From Nitrososphaerota archaeon (lineage in GTDB: Archaea; Thermoproteota; Nitrososphaeria; Nitrososphaerales; Nitrosopumilaceae): a stretch of DNA of 64,000 bases. How positions within the stretch are numbered: the first letter of the stretch is position 1; every line of letters begins with the position of its first letter. The notes under the pieces were generated by a model that was not told the DNA's origin, ran no database searches, and saw nothing but the letters and a program-made list of their open reading frames with translations. The stretch is from the NCBI GenBank assembly GCA_028867755.1, contig JAGWFT010000001.1, positions 196,727-260,726 on the forward strand. The letters are read 5' to 3'. Positions 47,366-56,872 of the stretch are shown here, piece after piece. Position numbers and translations under genes: made by a program.

Positions 47366-47805
47366 CGTGATCGATCAGGTTAACACATCTACACTTGAAC
47401 AGATCATAGAAGAATTGTTAACAAGTAAGTTTGTTAACATTCACTGCGTAATCCACGCCTAGCCATTTTTCCCATCTTAACAGGCTTCCCTAAGCTTTTA
47501 TCCAGGGGCAGGCCAAAACTATGCCTAGAGTGGAAATAAAGGGGTCCATTTAGGCATATTAACAATGTTAAGGACCATCTTCACGCCTAGAGTGGAAATA
47601 AAGGGGTCATTTTGGGCTCCTTTTAGATTCACCTTAACACCAAGTTCACTAACTGTTAATTTGGTTCCAGAAATACCCACACCCCTTTTCTTCCACTCTA
47701 GCTTTATTAAAAAATATTTTTTTAAGAAAATAAAAATAATTAATGATATACTAAATTTGAATTAGTTATTCTATTCTAATCTAATTAGTATGGTAGAGTC
47801 CATAT
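47366..47805. other. Chromosomal replication origin (oriC)
   Basis: Three ORB-like boxes with G-strings directly upstream of cdc6, AT-rich tract 47703-47790. Confidence 0.85.
47523..47702. repeat. ORB elements: gcctagagtggaaataaaggggtc at 47523-47546 and 47585-47608, inverted variant at 47681-47702
   Basis: Two identical 24-mers and one inverted copy matching the archaeal ORB core GGAAA..AAGGGG. Confidence 0.85.
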
Positions 47806-49047
47806 GTGGATAGAGAAGAAACAATGGTGTGTGGGTTGATGACAAGAGATCCTATTGATAAATTACTTGATGATGCAGCAAGCGGTAAATCATTATTCAA
47901 AAACAGAGAGGTGTTGCATTTTACGTTCATACCAAACATGGTATTGCATAGAGATGATGAACAGAAAAAAGTTACCCAATCACTTATTCCACTGCTGAAA
48001 AAGGCCAGGCCATCAAACCTATTGATATATGGCAAACCAGGTACGGGTAAGACATTAGTTGTAAAAAAAGTACTAGATAAGATTCAAGAGCGAGTTAAGG
48101 ACGGCTCATTTCCAATACAACTGCTGTACGCAAATGCAAAGGAAGAGACCACATTATACGGACTTTTGGTAAAATTTGGCCGCCAGTTGGGACTTGCATC
48201 ACAAAAGGAGCTGCCAACAACTGGACTATCAATCAGTGAAGTCTTCAATAGGCTAATAGCAGTAATTGAAAAGAACGCCCTCAATACTGTCTTTGTAGTA
48301 GACGAGATTGATTATCTGGCAGAACTAGTATCAAAGACAGGAAAGGATGTTTTCTATTCATTAACACGAGCAAATGAGAGACTGAAAAAAGGCTCACTTA
48401 CTTTGATTGGCATATCAAACGACCTAACGTTCAAAGAAAGACTGGACCCCAGGGTTCTAAGCAGCCTAAGTGAGGAAGAGATTGTCTTTACCAACTATAC
48501 AGTTAACCAGATCAAGGAAATATTGATGGATAGGATCAAGGAAGCATTTGTTCCACACATAGTGGATCCAGCAGCCCTAAACCTATGTGCTGCAATGTCA
48601 GGCCAAGAACATGGCGATGCCAGGCGGGCAATAGACCTACTTCGTGTAGCAGGCGAGATAGCAGAACGAGAGCAGTCTGATATTGTAAAAGAAGACCAAA
48701 TTCGCAAGGCCTCTTTGAAGATGGAAGAAGATAAGGAAACAACAGCACTTAACTCATACCCCCTTCATGAAAAATTACTCATACTTGCAGTAATGAAGGC
48801 AAACGGCACCACGACAGGTGAGATATATCACTCCTACAAGAATCTCTGCAAGATCACCAGACAGAAAGAACTCACACAGCGTAGAGTCACTCAAATGCTA
48901 AGCGAGATAGAAATGACAGGATTAATCTCAGGAAAGATAGTCCATCAAGGGATGCATGGGAGAACAAAAAAATTTGCCCTGACACTAAATCCAAATACAA
49001 TAAAAAAAGCATTCAAAGAAGACTTGGCATTAGAAGATCTACTGTAA
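47806..49047 (+). CDS. cdc6: Orc1/Cdc6 replication initiator
   Basis: IYGKPGTGKT, VVDEID, GDARRAIDLLR, C-terminal wHTH. Confidence 0.96.
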   Translation: MDREETMVCGLMTRDPIDKLLDDAASGKSLFKNREVLHFTFIPNMVLHRDDEQKKVTQSLIPLLKKARPSNLLIYGKPGTGKTLVVKKVLDKIQERVKDGSFPIQLLYANAKEETTLYGLLVKFGRQLGLASQKELPTTGLSISEVFNRLIAVIEKNALNTVFVVDEIDYLAELVSKTGKDVFYSLTRANERLKKGSLTLIGISNDLTFKERLDPRVLSSLSEEEIVFTNYTVNQIKEILMDRIKEAFVPHIVDPAALNLCAAMSGQEHGDARRAIDLLRVAGEIAEREQSDIVKEDQIRKASLKMEEDKETTALNSYPLHEKLLILAVMKANGTTTGEIYHSYKNLCKITRQKELTQRRVTQMLSEIEMTGLISGKIVHQGMHGRTKKFALTLNPNTIKKAFKEDLALEDLL

Positions 49048-50478
49048 TCCTTCATTTGTTTCTGTAAAGTCTTTTGTAAAGACCTTCATTGTAGCCAGGT
49101 TGATGATCATGGCTATCCCTGGTGTAGGTGTAATGCCAACACTTGCCTGGTAACCAGTCTGGCTCTGCCAAGCCCCAGAGTTTACTATCAAAGTACCCTT
49201 GTACATGTCAAGATCAACAACATGTACATGGCCAGAATGAAAAATATCTGGAACCTCATTTATCACCATGAAATCTTCAAGCTCGGGGGCAATTGGCGTT
49301 CGTTTTCCATAAATTGGGCTAAGGTGCCTTGTTCTCAATAATGCACGCATTGCCCTTGCTGGTTGTGCATAGCTCAAGCCCGGAGTAGTTCCTACTACAT
49401 CATCAAGGCTCTGACCATGGAACATCAAGACCTTTACGCCATTGAGATCCAAAAAGGCAGGATTTCCAAGCATAAAGAAATTCTCTCTATTCCACAAACT
49501 TGTGTTGTGTTTTTCTGGTATTGCAGGTTGGGGAAGCGCTCTTCTACCTGGATCGTGGTTGCCAGGAATTATGAAGGTCTTGATATGTTTTGGAATCTTG
49601 TCTAAAAGCTGTGCTGCTTTTGCCATCTGTCCGTCGATATCCATTATGAGCAACTCCTTGTCCTGGTTTGGAAAGATGCCAATCCCATCAACTATATCCC
49701 CACATATCAAGAGAAACCTAACTTTTCTTGCCACTGGATCAGGACTTGAAAGCCAAGAAATGAAATCTGTAAACTCCTTTTCCATAAAATACTGGCTGCC
49801 TATGTGAATGTCTGATATCAAAACGGCATATGTCTCAGTCTTTGAGCGATTTGCTATGTGTTCTGGAACATCTGGCACTAGGAGCTCCTTTGCGATAAAT
49901 CCACCATTCTTGCCGTTTGCAACGCCAACCATTACAAACTGGTCCATCAAGAGCGAGTTTGCAGTCTCCTGCAGCTCTTGGTTCCACACCAAAATCTCTA
50001 CAGAACCTGTCGGATCGTCTATTACTAACTTGGTGACATCACGTTCAATTTTTCTATCCATCAAGAGGCCTGCAATGAACACCTCTTCACCAAGCTTACC
50101 ATCTGTCACATTTTTAATTGGTGTAAGTTTCTTTGCCTGTGATCTCTGCATCATTATTTTAAGCAATTTTGAATACCTATCTGAAAAAAGGGCCGTAAAA
50201 CCATCTATTCCCTCTGCTGATGTGACCTTTTTTGTGGGATCAAACAATATCTCATACCTATCCTCAACACCACCATCCACTTCCGACTCTACAAACATCT
50301 TAAGGTCGCTTTGATTTATCAAAAACAAATTTTGTTTTGCCTTTTCGCGAACAATCTGTTTAATTATATTCTGAAGTTCCTTCACGTCTATTTTTTCTAA
50401 TATCTTAAAAGCATCAGGATGAATCTGAAATCCTTTACTCAATGCATATGTTATTGCCGAGGATACCTCTTCTTTCAC
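49039..50478 (-). CDS. polB: DNA polymerase D small subunit (DP1)
   Basis: OB fold; SDIHIGS, GDIVDG, PGNHD, FHGQS, HSGHVH. Confidence 0.95.
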   Translation of the reverse strand: MKEEVSSAITYALSKGFQIHPDAFKILEKIDVKELQNIIKQIVREKAKQNLFLINQSDLKMFVESEVDGGVEDRYEILFDPTKKVTSAEGIDGFTALFSDRYSKLLKIMMQRSQAKKLTPIKNVTDGKLGEEVFIAGLLMDRKIERDVTKLVIDDPTGSVEILVWNQELQETANSLLMDQFVMVGVANGKNGGFIAKELLVPDVPEHIANRSKTETYAVLISDIHIGSQYFMEKEFTDFISWLSSPDPVARKVRFLLICGDIVDGIGIFPNQDKELLIMDIDGQMAKAAQLLDKIPKHIKTFIIPGNHDPGRRALPQPAIPEKHNTSLWNRENFFMLGNPAFLDLNGVKVLMFHGQSLDDVVGTTPGLSYAQPARAMRALLRTRHLSPIYGKRTPIAPELEDFMVINEVPDIFHSGHVHVVDLDMYKGTLIVNSGAWQSQTGYQASVGITPTPGIAMIINLATMKVFTKDFTETNEGLQ

Positions 50479-50554
50479 AAACTGTCATAATACAACTTTT
50501 AATTAAATCTGTTCGAGCTACCAACCCTCAAATAACTCCTCAAAAACAAACTCG

Positions 50555-51094
50555 ATGTTGGTAAAAAAAAGACTCCTGATTTTTCTGATCTTCATTGTAA
50601 TATTTTCCATTGCATATTCTGCCGGCAGTGCAAGCAATCTATCAGAAGATGATTCCAAATCATTTATCAAAGAGTTTCAGCATGTTGTAGAGGGAATAGA
50701 CGCAATCGGCATATTTACTCACAACACATCTGTTGCCCTACCCATGTTTGTGCCAGGTTTTGGAATAATATGGGGATCATTTGCAGCATGGTCTACTGGA
50801 TTGGCTTTCAAGGCTCTTGTGTCTACCACTCCAACACTTGCAAAGCTTCCACCACTTGCCATAATCTATCTCTCGCCTTTTGGCGTAATGGAGTTAATTG
50901 CTTACTCAATTGGAATGTCAAGAAGCTTTCTTCTCATCAATACAATATTGAGAAGAGGATCACTCAAGAAAGAGTTACGCCCCACAGCAATAGAGATAGG
51001 AATTGTAATTGCATTGTTGCTAGCAGCGGCATTTATTGAATATGCCATGATCCAAGAATTTGGTTCAACACTTACTCAGTCAAAAACGCACTAG
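50555..51094 (+). CDS. SpoIIM (DUF95) family membrane protein
   Basis: IFTHNTSVAL..PFGVMELIAY..AAFIEY. Confidence 0.8.
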   Translation: MLVKKRLLIFLIFIVIFSIAYSAGSASNLSEDDSKSFIKEFQHVVEGIDAIGIFTHNTSVALPMFVPGFGIIWGSFAAWSTGLAFKALVSTTPTLAKLPPLAIIYLSPFGVMELIAYSIGMSRSFLLINTILRRGSLKKELRPTAIEIGIVIALLLAAAFIEYAMIQEFGSTLTQSKTH

Positions 51095-51130
51095 ATTCGT
51101 TTTTATTTTAACATAAAATAATCAAAGACA

Positions 51131-51865
51131 ATGCTCGGTCTTAAGATCCACACACTTCCAAAACTCAACAAACCCACGATGATAGCTGCACTTCCAGACA
51201 TGGGAAATGTTGCTGGAATTGGAATGGATTTTCTTGTAAAAAAATTAAAGGCAAAACTATTTGCAGAGATCTATGCGTTTTGGCCTCCAGCAGTATCGCA
51301 TGAACATGGACTGATAAAATATGAACAATCAAGCTACAAATTTTATTATTTACAGAAGGAAAACCTCGTGTTCTTTTCTGGAGAGTTTAACCCATCTGAT
51401 CCCCGTCGCCTTTACGAATTATGTTATGAGGTAGTTGACATGGCAAAAAAACTCAAAGTAAGTATGCTATATTCCATAGGTGCAGCCTTGCGGCAGCCAA
51501 GTCCTACAGAACCTAAACTGTTTGCCGCTACAACAACACAAAAACATCTAAACTTGTTAAAGAAGGAAAAACTAGAGATTCTCAACGGAAAAGGCCAGAT
51601 TACTGGCTTCAATGGCTTGGTGTTAGGTATTGCAAAAGAAAAACAACTTGATAGCATTTGCATTTTGGTAGAAATAGATAATCCAAATGTCATTCAACCC
51701 AAATCAGCTAAGCTCATACTTGCAAAACTATTGCAAATCTTAGAACTTGAACCACTGGATATGAAAGAATTAGAGGAAGAGGAAAAGAGAAAACAGTTCA
51801 TGGAACAACAGATGAGCTACATGAATGGACTAGCAAAGAAAGACAATCAACCGGGAATTGCCTAA
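51131..51865 (+). CDS. PAC2 family (proteasome assembly chaperone-like) protein
   Basis: MIAALPDMGNVAGI, YSIGA, GQITGFNGLVLG, QPKSAK. Confidence 0.85.
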   Translation: MLGLKIHTLPKLNKPTMIAALPDMGNVAGIGMDFLVKKLKAKLFAEIYAFWPPAVSHEHGLIKYEQSSYKFYYLQKENLVFFSGEFNPSDPRRLYELCYEVVDMAKKLKVSMLYSIGAALRQPSPTEPKLFAATTTQKHLNLLKKEKLEILNGKGQITGFNGLVLGIAKEKQLDSICILVEIDNPNVIQPKSAKLILAKLLQILELEPLDMKELEEEEKRKQFMEQQMSYMNGLAKKDNQPGIA

Positions 51866-51922
51866 CTGTGTTAAGAAATTATACCTATTCGTTAAATACG
51901 AGTTTTTGCCTTTGCTAATTAA

Positions 51923-53623
51923 ATGAAATCTGGTATCTTGTCTCTAATGGCAATTGCTGTAATTTTAATTATGTTCTGTTTACCTAACAACGCATATTCT
52001 GATTTTGTATCCAACAACAAATATCTGATTCAAGCTACAGGACTTGTATCCGGAACGCAAGACATTCTTGATTCCACAATTGACATACAACTAACTGCAG
52101 GTGCCCAAAGTGGCAGCAGCATACTTTCTACACTAGACAATGGCCTTGTTACAATTAACGGAGACAGTTATCTTAACACTGGCAACTGGACTACAACTCT
52201 GTTACGCGATGGAAAATTCCTTCTTCTACAAGGAAATGCACAAGATCAGCACGGTAACGTGGTACAACTCAATCTCTTTGGAAGACAGATAGACAGCAGC
52301 CAAAATGGTGTTGTTTACAGCATTACTGGTAAGATTACCAGCTCTGAAACCATGCGTGTAATCTACAGTGCAAAAGCAACCGTTGTTGTAAGCACAACAC
52401 CAACACAAACATCAACCAACCAAACAACAACGCAGCAAACACCATCAAATATTGTTAACATAAGCATCGTTGCTGGAGCATCTAACCACAATAATCAAAT
52501 CTTCTTTTCCCCCTCGGCCACCAGTGTGGCTCCTGGCACTGTTATAATCTGGACTAACAATGATAACATGCCTCATAGAATAATCACTGGTGTAGCAACT
52601 GTCATCGGAGGAAATGCTTCATCGCCAAAATTTACTCCTGACGGAATAATCGACAGTGGTATCATAGCTCCTGGCAAATCTTTTCAATATACCCTAACAA
52701 ACTTTAACTCCAAAACATATCTTAGTCCTGCAGCAGCACAATATCTGAATTTACCGCAAGATCAAACTGCTGGCGACATAACCTTCTTTGATCCAAATTA
52801 TACTTGGATGGTAGGAGTGATTAGCCCAACTTCAATTTCAACCCAAACACAAACAGCCCAGATTAACATATTGCAAGGAGCATCTACTGCCACAAATAAT
52901 CAGTATCTCTCCCCACCCTCTGTTCAAATTACGCCAGGCTCTACAGTTGTTTGGGTAAACCATGATTCTGTTGGACATAGAATATTGAGTGGTCAAAGCA
53001 GGCAAAATATTGCAGCAACTGGCAGTATTACACCAACAGGAACTCCAACATCACCATCATTTGTTCCAGATGGAAAGATAGACAGTGGTATCATAGCTCC
53101 CGGCCAAAGTTTCAAGTATACAATAACTGGAAGTGGCACCTTTGCATATTATGATCCCTCAAATACATGGCTAAGCGGAAACATCATTTCGGTTTCACAA
53201 ACATCAACAATGCCACCAGTGCAAGTAAGCATTCTACAGGGCGCGTCAAGGGCACAAGGGTCTGCCTCTCAGCAAAATCAAAACTATGTGAATGGATACT
53301 ATTCTCCAGACCAAATTCAGATAGCACCAGGTACCACAATAATCTGGACTAACAATGATAACGTGGCTCATTCAATATGGAGTGGTGCTGCAACCTTTAG
53401 CACAGTTAATCCATACGTGCCAGATGGCAAGATAAAGAGCGGGTCAATAGCTCCCGGCCAAACTTTTCAGGTTACCATCAACGATACTGGATTGACTAGA
53501 TTCTACGATCCATCATACACATGGATGAATGGCGTAATTGTTTCACTCCCGTCCACGCAGACTCACACGCTCAATTCTGGTGGCTTCCAGAATGGTATCA
53601 ACAAAGCCTGTCCTTTCTGTTAA
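51923..53623 (+). CDS. Secreted protein with three cupredoxin-like domains
   Basis: Three F/YxPxxxxVxPGxxVxWxNxDxxxH...DSG.IAPG..F repeats. Confidence 0.85.
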   Translation: MKSGILSLMAIAVILIMFCLPNNAYSDFVSNNKYLIQATGLVSGTQDILDSTIDIQLTAGAQSGSSILSTLDNGLVTINGDSYLNTGNWTTTLLRDGKFLLLQGNAQDQHGNVVQLNLFGRQIDSSQNGVVYSITGKITSSETMRVIYSAKATVVVSTTPTQTSTNQTTTQQTPSNIVNISIVAGASNHNNQIFFSPSATSVAPGTVIIWTNNDNMPHRIITGVATVIGGNASSPKFTPDGIIDSGIIAPGKSFQYTLTNFNSKTYLSPAAAQYLNLPQDQTAGDITFFDPNYTWMVGVISPTSISTQTQTAQINILQGASTATNNQYLSPPSVQITPGSTVVWVNHDSVGHRILSGQSRQNIAATGSITPTGTPTSPSFVPDGKIDSGIIAPGQSFKYTITGSGTFAYYDPSNTWLSGNIISVSQTSTMPPVQVSILQGASRAQGSASQQNQNYVNGYYSPDQIQIAPGTTIIWTNNDNVAHSIWSGAATFSTVNPYVPDGKIKSGSIAPGQTFQVTINDTGLTRFYDPSYTWMNGVIVSLPSTQTHTLNSGGFQNGINKACPFC

Positions 53624-53664
53624 GAAAGACGGAACATAGGCTACGCTAGTTAGTAAAAGTAGTA

Positions 53665-54363
53665 TTAGAAATTTATGTATGATTCTAGTCTTGTTTGATC
53701 AAATACCATTACGGAAAGATCAGAAAATTGTTTTCCTTCCAGATCTTTTACTGTTCCAACAAAACAAGTCTCCTTCTCCGTTGTAAGAAACTCAAAGACA
53801 TGCACTTTTATTTTTGAAGTGTCAAACCCATGATTTTTCAAATAGATTGCAATCTCAGACTGCATAAAGTGCTTTGAGGGCTCTTTTGGCCAGGGGCGTG
53901 GCACCAGCACTACACTTAATCCATCTGCCAGTGCTTTTTGGAGCTCAAGCTTCTTTTCTTCTATGCTAGTTGACACATGCATAGTTATCACCCTGCTTTT
54001 GTCAAGTGGTACCCTTGCTTTTGATGCAGCAACTTGCACTGAGCTTATACCTGGAACTACCTGCACATCTCCGAAAATTTCAATTAACCTATCAACAACC
54101 TCTGATTCAGAAAAGTTTACGTCCCCCGTGAATGGTACAACACAAGTCTTGCTCCCAAGAACCTTGGAGACTTTTTGGTATGCTTCTTCCTGATCTTGCA
54201 TCGTTATCTCATAAACCTCTTTATTTTTGATGAGCTCCTCAATAGTTTTGAGAGTATACTTGTAACCTATTACAATGTCAGAATTTGTCACAATTTCCTT
54301 TACTATATCTGTGACATATTCTGGTGAGCCAGGTCCTACTCCCACTGCAAAAACTTTTCCCAT
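53665..54363 (-). CDS. cbiE: Cobalt-precorrin-7/precorrin-6Y C5-methyltransferase
   Basis: MGKVFAVGVGPGSPEYVT, FTGDVNFS, VVPGISSVQVAAS. Confidence 0.8.
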   Translation of the reverse strand: MGKVFAVGVGPGSPEYVTDIVKEIVTNSDIVIGYKYTLKTIEELIKNKEVYEITMQDQEEAYQKVSKVLGSKTCVVPFTGDVNFSESEVVDRLIEIFGDVQVVPGISSVQVAASKARVPLDKSRVITMHVSTSIEEKKLELQKALADGLSVVLVPRPWPKEPSKHFMQSEIAIYLKNHGFDTSKIKVHVFEFLTTEKETCFVGTVKDLEGKQFSDLSVMVFDQTRLESYINF

Positions 54364-54446
54364 AAAGACATCTTTTGTAATGTTCAATATAATTCACAAT
54401 TTGGAAACACAATTAGCTTTTATTTGCGAGCTCAAAGTCTTTATCA

Positions 54447-55136
54447 TTGAATAACACAATAATCCCAGTCTCTCTCCTTTTGATTCTGGTTAGTTTTGTT
54501 CCAATCTCTTCTGCAAGTATGCAAAACTCTACATTGGATTCACAGGGAAACTATGCAAATCTATCTCTTGGTATAACATTTCAGGCCCCTGCTGGCTGGA
54601 CAGTCCAAGAACCAAAAAAATCCCAGCCTGATGCACCAGACATTGCCGTGATTGCTCCATACTCTGGTGGATTTACACCATCAATTTCATTTACCATTGA
54701 GAAATCAAATGGGACAACACTTGATGATTATATAAAAAATAAAAACAGTCAATTGATTAATGCCAGCCAGTCAAGCAACATATTATTTCTGTCAGAACAA
54801 GACGGAACAATTGGTGGAGTTGATGCCAAAATATCATTGTTGCAAGAAAATTTTACTTCGCAAAACAGCAGTAATGCAATAAGATTCAAACAGGCAACAG
54901 TTCTGACAAATAATGAATTTTATACAATAACTTATGCAAATAAGGAATCAAATTTTGACAGCGATTTATCAAGCTATGATCAGCTATTGGGCTCTATCAA
55001 ATTTATGAGCAATGACACATCTTTTTCTTGGACTGGCTATCTTTTCATTGGCATAGCAGGGGCTGCGCTTATTGCAGGTGCGATAATCGCAATTAAAAGA
55101 AAATCATCACAAAAAAATATCTCCTCAGATAAATAA
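54447..55136 (+). CDS. PsbP-like exported protein with C-terminal TM
   Basis: GITFQAPAGWTV..FYTITYA..YDQLLGSIKF; C-terminal TM plus basic tail. Confidence 0.7.
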   Translation: MNNTIIPVSLLLILVSFVPISSASMQNSTLDSQGNYANLSLGITFQAPAGWTVQEPKKSQPDAPDIAVIAPYSGGFTPSISFTIEKSNGTTLDDYIKNKNSQLINASQSSNILFLSEQDGTIGGVDAKISLLQENFTSQNSSNAIRFKQATVLTNNEFYTITYANKESNFDSDLSSYDQLLGSIKFMSNDTSFSWTGYLFIGIAGAALIAGAIIAIKRKSSQKNISSDK

Positions 55137-55240
55137 AAACAAGTTACTATTCGTGAGTAATATGGTCCATATCTATACAGAAAAAACATAGTAGGATAGA
55201 TGAGAGAAAGATAAAATACGGTGTTTGGAGAACATAGGGT

Positions 55241-55564
55241 ATGAAAAAGGAGTACATTGTAGTAAGGATTGAGAGCTCCCCTGATGGTGCACCATACGTA
55301 GTAGTCTCTCTATCCTCTTCTAAAGATTTCAAAGAGCAAAATAGCACCCCAATGTCTCCCTTTGGCTCTGGCGTCATGGGATTTACCAATATGGATGACA
55401 TGATAAAGGGCCTTAACAAAATGATGGCAGGAGGCGGCATGGGAGGAATGGGAAGCGGAATTACCTCTATCAAACTAGATATGCATGAATACAAGGAGCT
55501 AAACCTTTCAGTGGGAGACAAGGTATATCTAGAAATAACAAGAGCCGAGTCTCTTGGAATTTAG
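55241..55564 (+). CDS. Hypothetical protein, Arcadin-1-like pattern
   Basis: VVRIESSPDGAPYVVVSL..IKLDMHEYKELNLSVGDKVYLEI. Confidence 0.6.
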   Translation: MKKEYIVVRIESSPDGAPYVVVSLSSSKDFKEQNSTPMSPFGSGVMGFTNMDDMIKGLNKMMAGGGMGGMGSGITSIKLDMHEYKELNLSVGDKVYLEITRAESLGI

Positions 55565-55571
55565 GATTATA

Positions 55572-56234
55572 CTATCGGGAAATTTCTCCGCGCAGGATTT
55601 CATATGCCCTTGCGGCGTCCTTTTCATGTAACACTAGGACAATATCGTCTTGTCCAAAAAAGGCATTAACAAGCTCAATTCCGCTATCATGAAGAATTTC
55701 CGATACATACGATACTACGTCTGACTCATTTTCTGACTGGGGTATGTGAATGCTTATCTTTGCAAGCCCAGTTTGGAAAAAGTTTTTGTGTGAAGAAAAG
55801 GATTCCAGCAATTTTCTTACATCACTAATGTCTTCAGTTAGGAACCTAAACGAGTCTGTGAACCTAAAAAATTCGTAATTTGGATCAGCTCTGGTAAATC
55901 CATCCATCAACGCCCTTACATCCTCCATTCCAAAATCTTGCGAGGAAAATTTGATATCTAGTATTCCATCGGTAAGCGAGAGTCTGGCATTTTTTAGCAC
56001 TGGCTCGCTTTGCACATCATCTTTTTTCTCAAAAGAATCTGCATATCTCTTGATTGCTACCACGATAGTGTTGAGGTTTACAGAACCGCCAACTTGAGTC
56101 TCCACCTCTTTTTGGATCTTCACAGCAAGTGCCGTATAGTTTACCAAATCCATCTTGATGCAATCGTAAATTGACCTGTTCTTGGTGATTATCTCTCTGA
56201 CTGCATCAGGAACAGAAAGATTAACCGTACGCAT
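55572..56234 (-). CDS. ACT-domain regulator of amino-acid metabolism
   Basis: IYDCIKMDLVNYTALA..NTIVVAIKR; C-terminal ACT domain. Confidence 0.8.
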   Translation of the reverse strand: MRTVNLSVPDAVREIITKNRSIYDCIKMDLVNYTALAVKIQKEVETQVGGSVNLNTIVVAIKRYADSFEKKDDVQSEPVLKNARLSLTDGILDIKFSSQDFGMEDVRALMDGFTRADPNYEFFRFTDSFRFLTEDISDVRKLLESFSSHKNFFQTGLAKISIHIPQSENESDVVSYVSEILHDSGIELVNAFFGQDDIVLVLHEKDAARAYEILRGEISR

Positions 56235-56342
56235 ATAGGAATATGAACTGTCATCTATATTAGCCTATGTAATAATCATATATCATAACCACATAATATT
56301 TATATAATGTCATGAATATTACATAGTATAAGTGATTATGAC

Positions 56343-56843
56343 ATGATAGAACAAGATGAGTTTGACAACCTCTTCCAAAGAATGCTACGACCTTTCAAAG
56401 GTCTAGATAACATATGGGATGAGCTAGAAGGTTCTGCTAACCTGCAGACGTTTGGTCCATACTATTATGGTTACACGGCAACGATAGGACCAGATGGCAA
56501 GCCAGTGGTAAGAGAATACGGAAACATACGACCAGGTCTTCTTCCAGCTGTAGAAACAAGAGAACCCTTTGCAGATGTTATCGTAGATGACAAAGAGAAG
56601 GTTCTGAAAGTTGTGGCTGAAATGCCAGGAGTAGAGAAGAAGGACATCAAGATCGAAGTAGTCGGTCGTACGATCTTAATTGATGCAGAACATGAAGAAA
56701 GAAAATACCACACCAAGATTCCCATCAAGCAAAAGGTTGACGAAAATTCTGTCAAGGCAACCTATGCCAACGGAATTCTTGAAGTGAGGTTCAAGCTAAA
56801 GGAAGAGGAAAGACCTCGAGGCAAAACAGTAGAGGTTGAATAA
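56343..56843 (+). CDS. hsp20: Archaeal small heat-shock protein
   Basis: [35 protein letters not shown]. Confidence 0.92.
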   Translation: MIEQDEFDNLFQRMLRPFKGLDNIWDELEGSANLQTFGPYYYGYTATIGPDGKPVVREYGNIRPGLLPAVETREPFADVIVDDKEKVLKVVAEMPGVEKKDIKIEVVGRTILIDAEHEERKYHTKIPIKQKVDENSVKATYANGILEVRFKLKEEERPRGKTVEVE

Positions 56844-56872
56844 CTCCCTTTCTTTTTTATGGTGATAAAATT

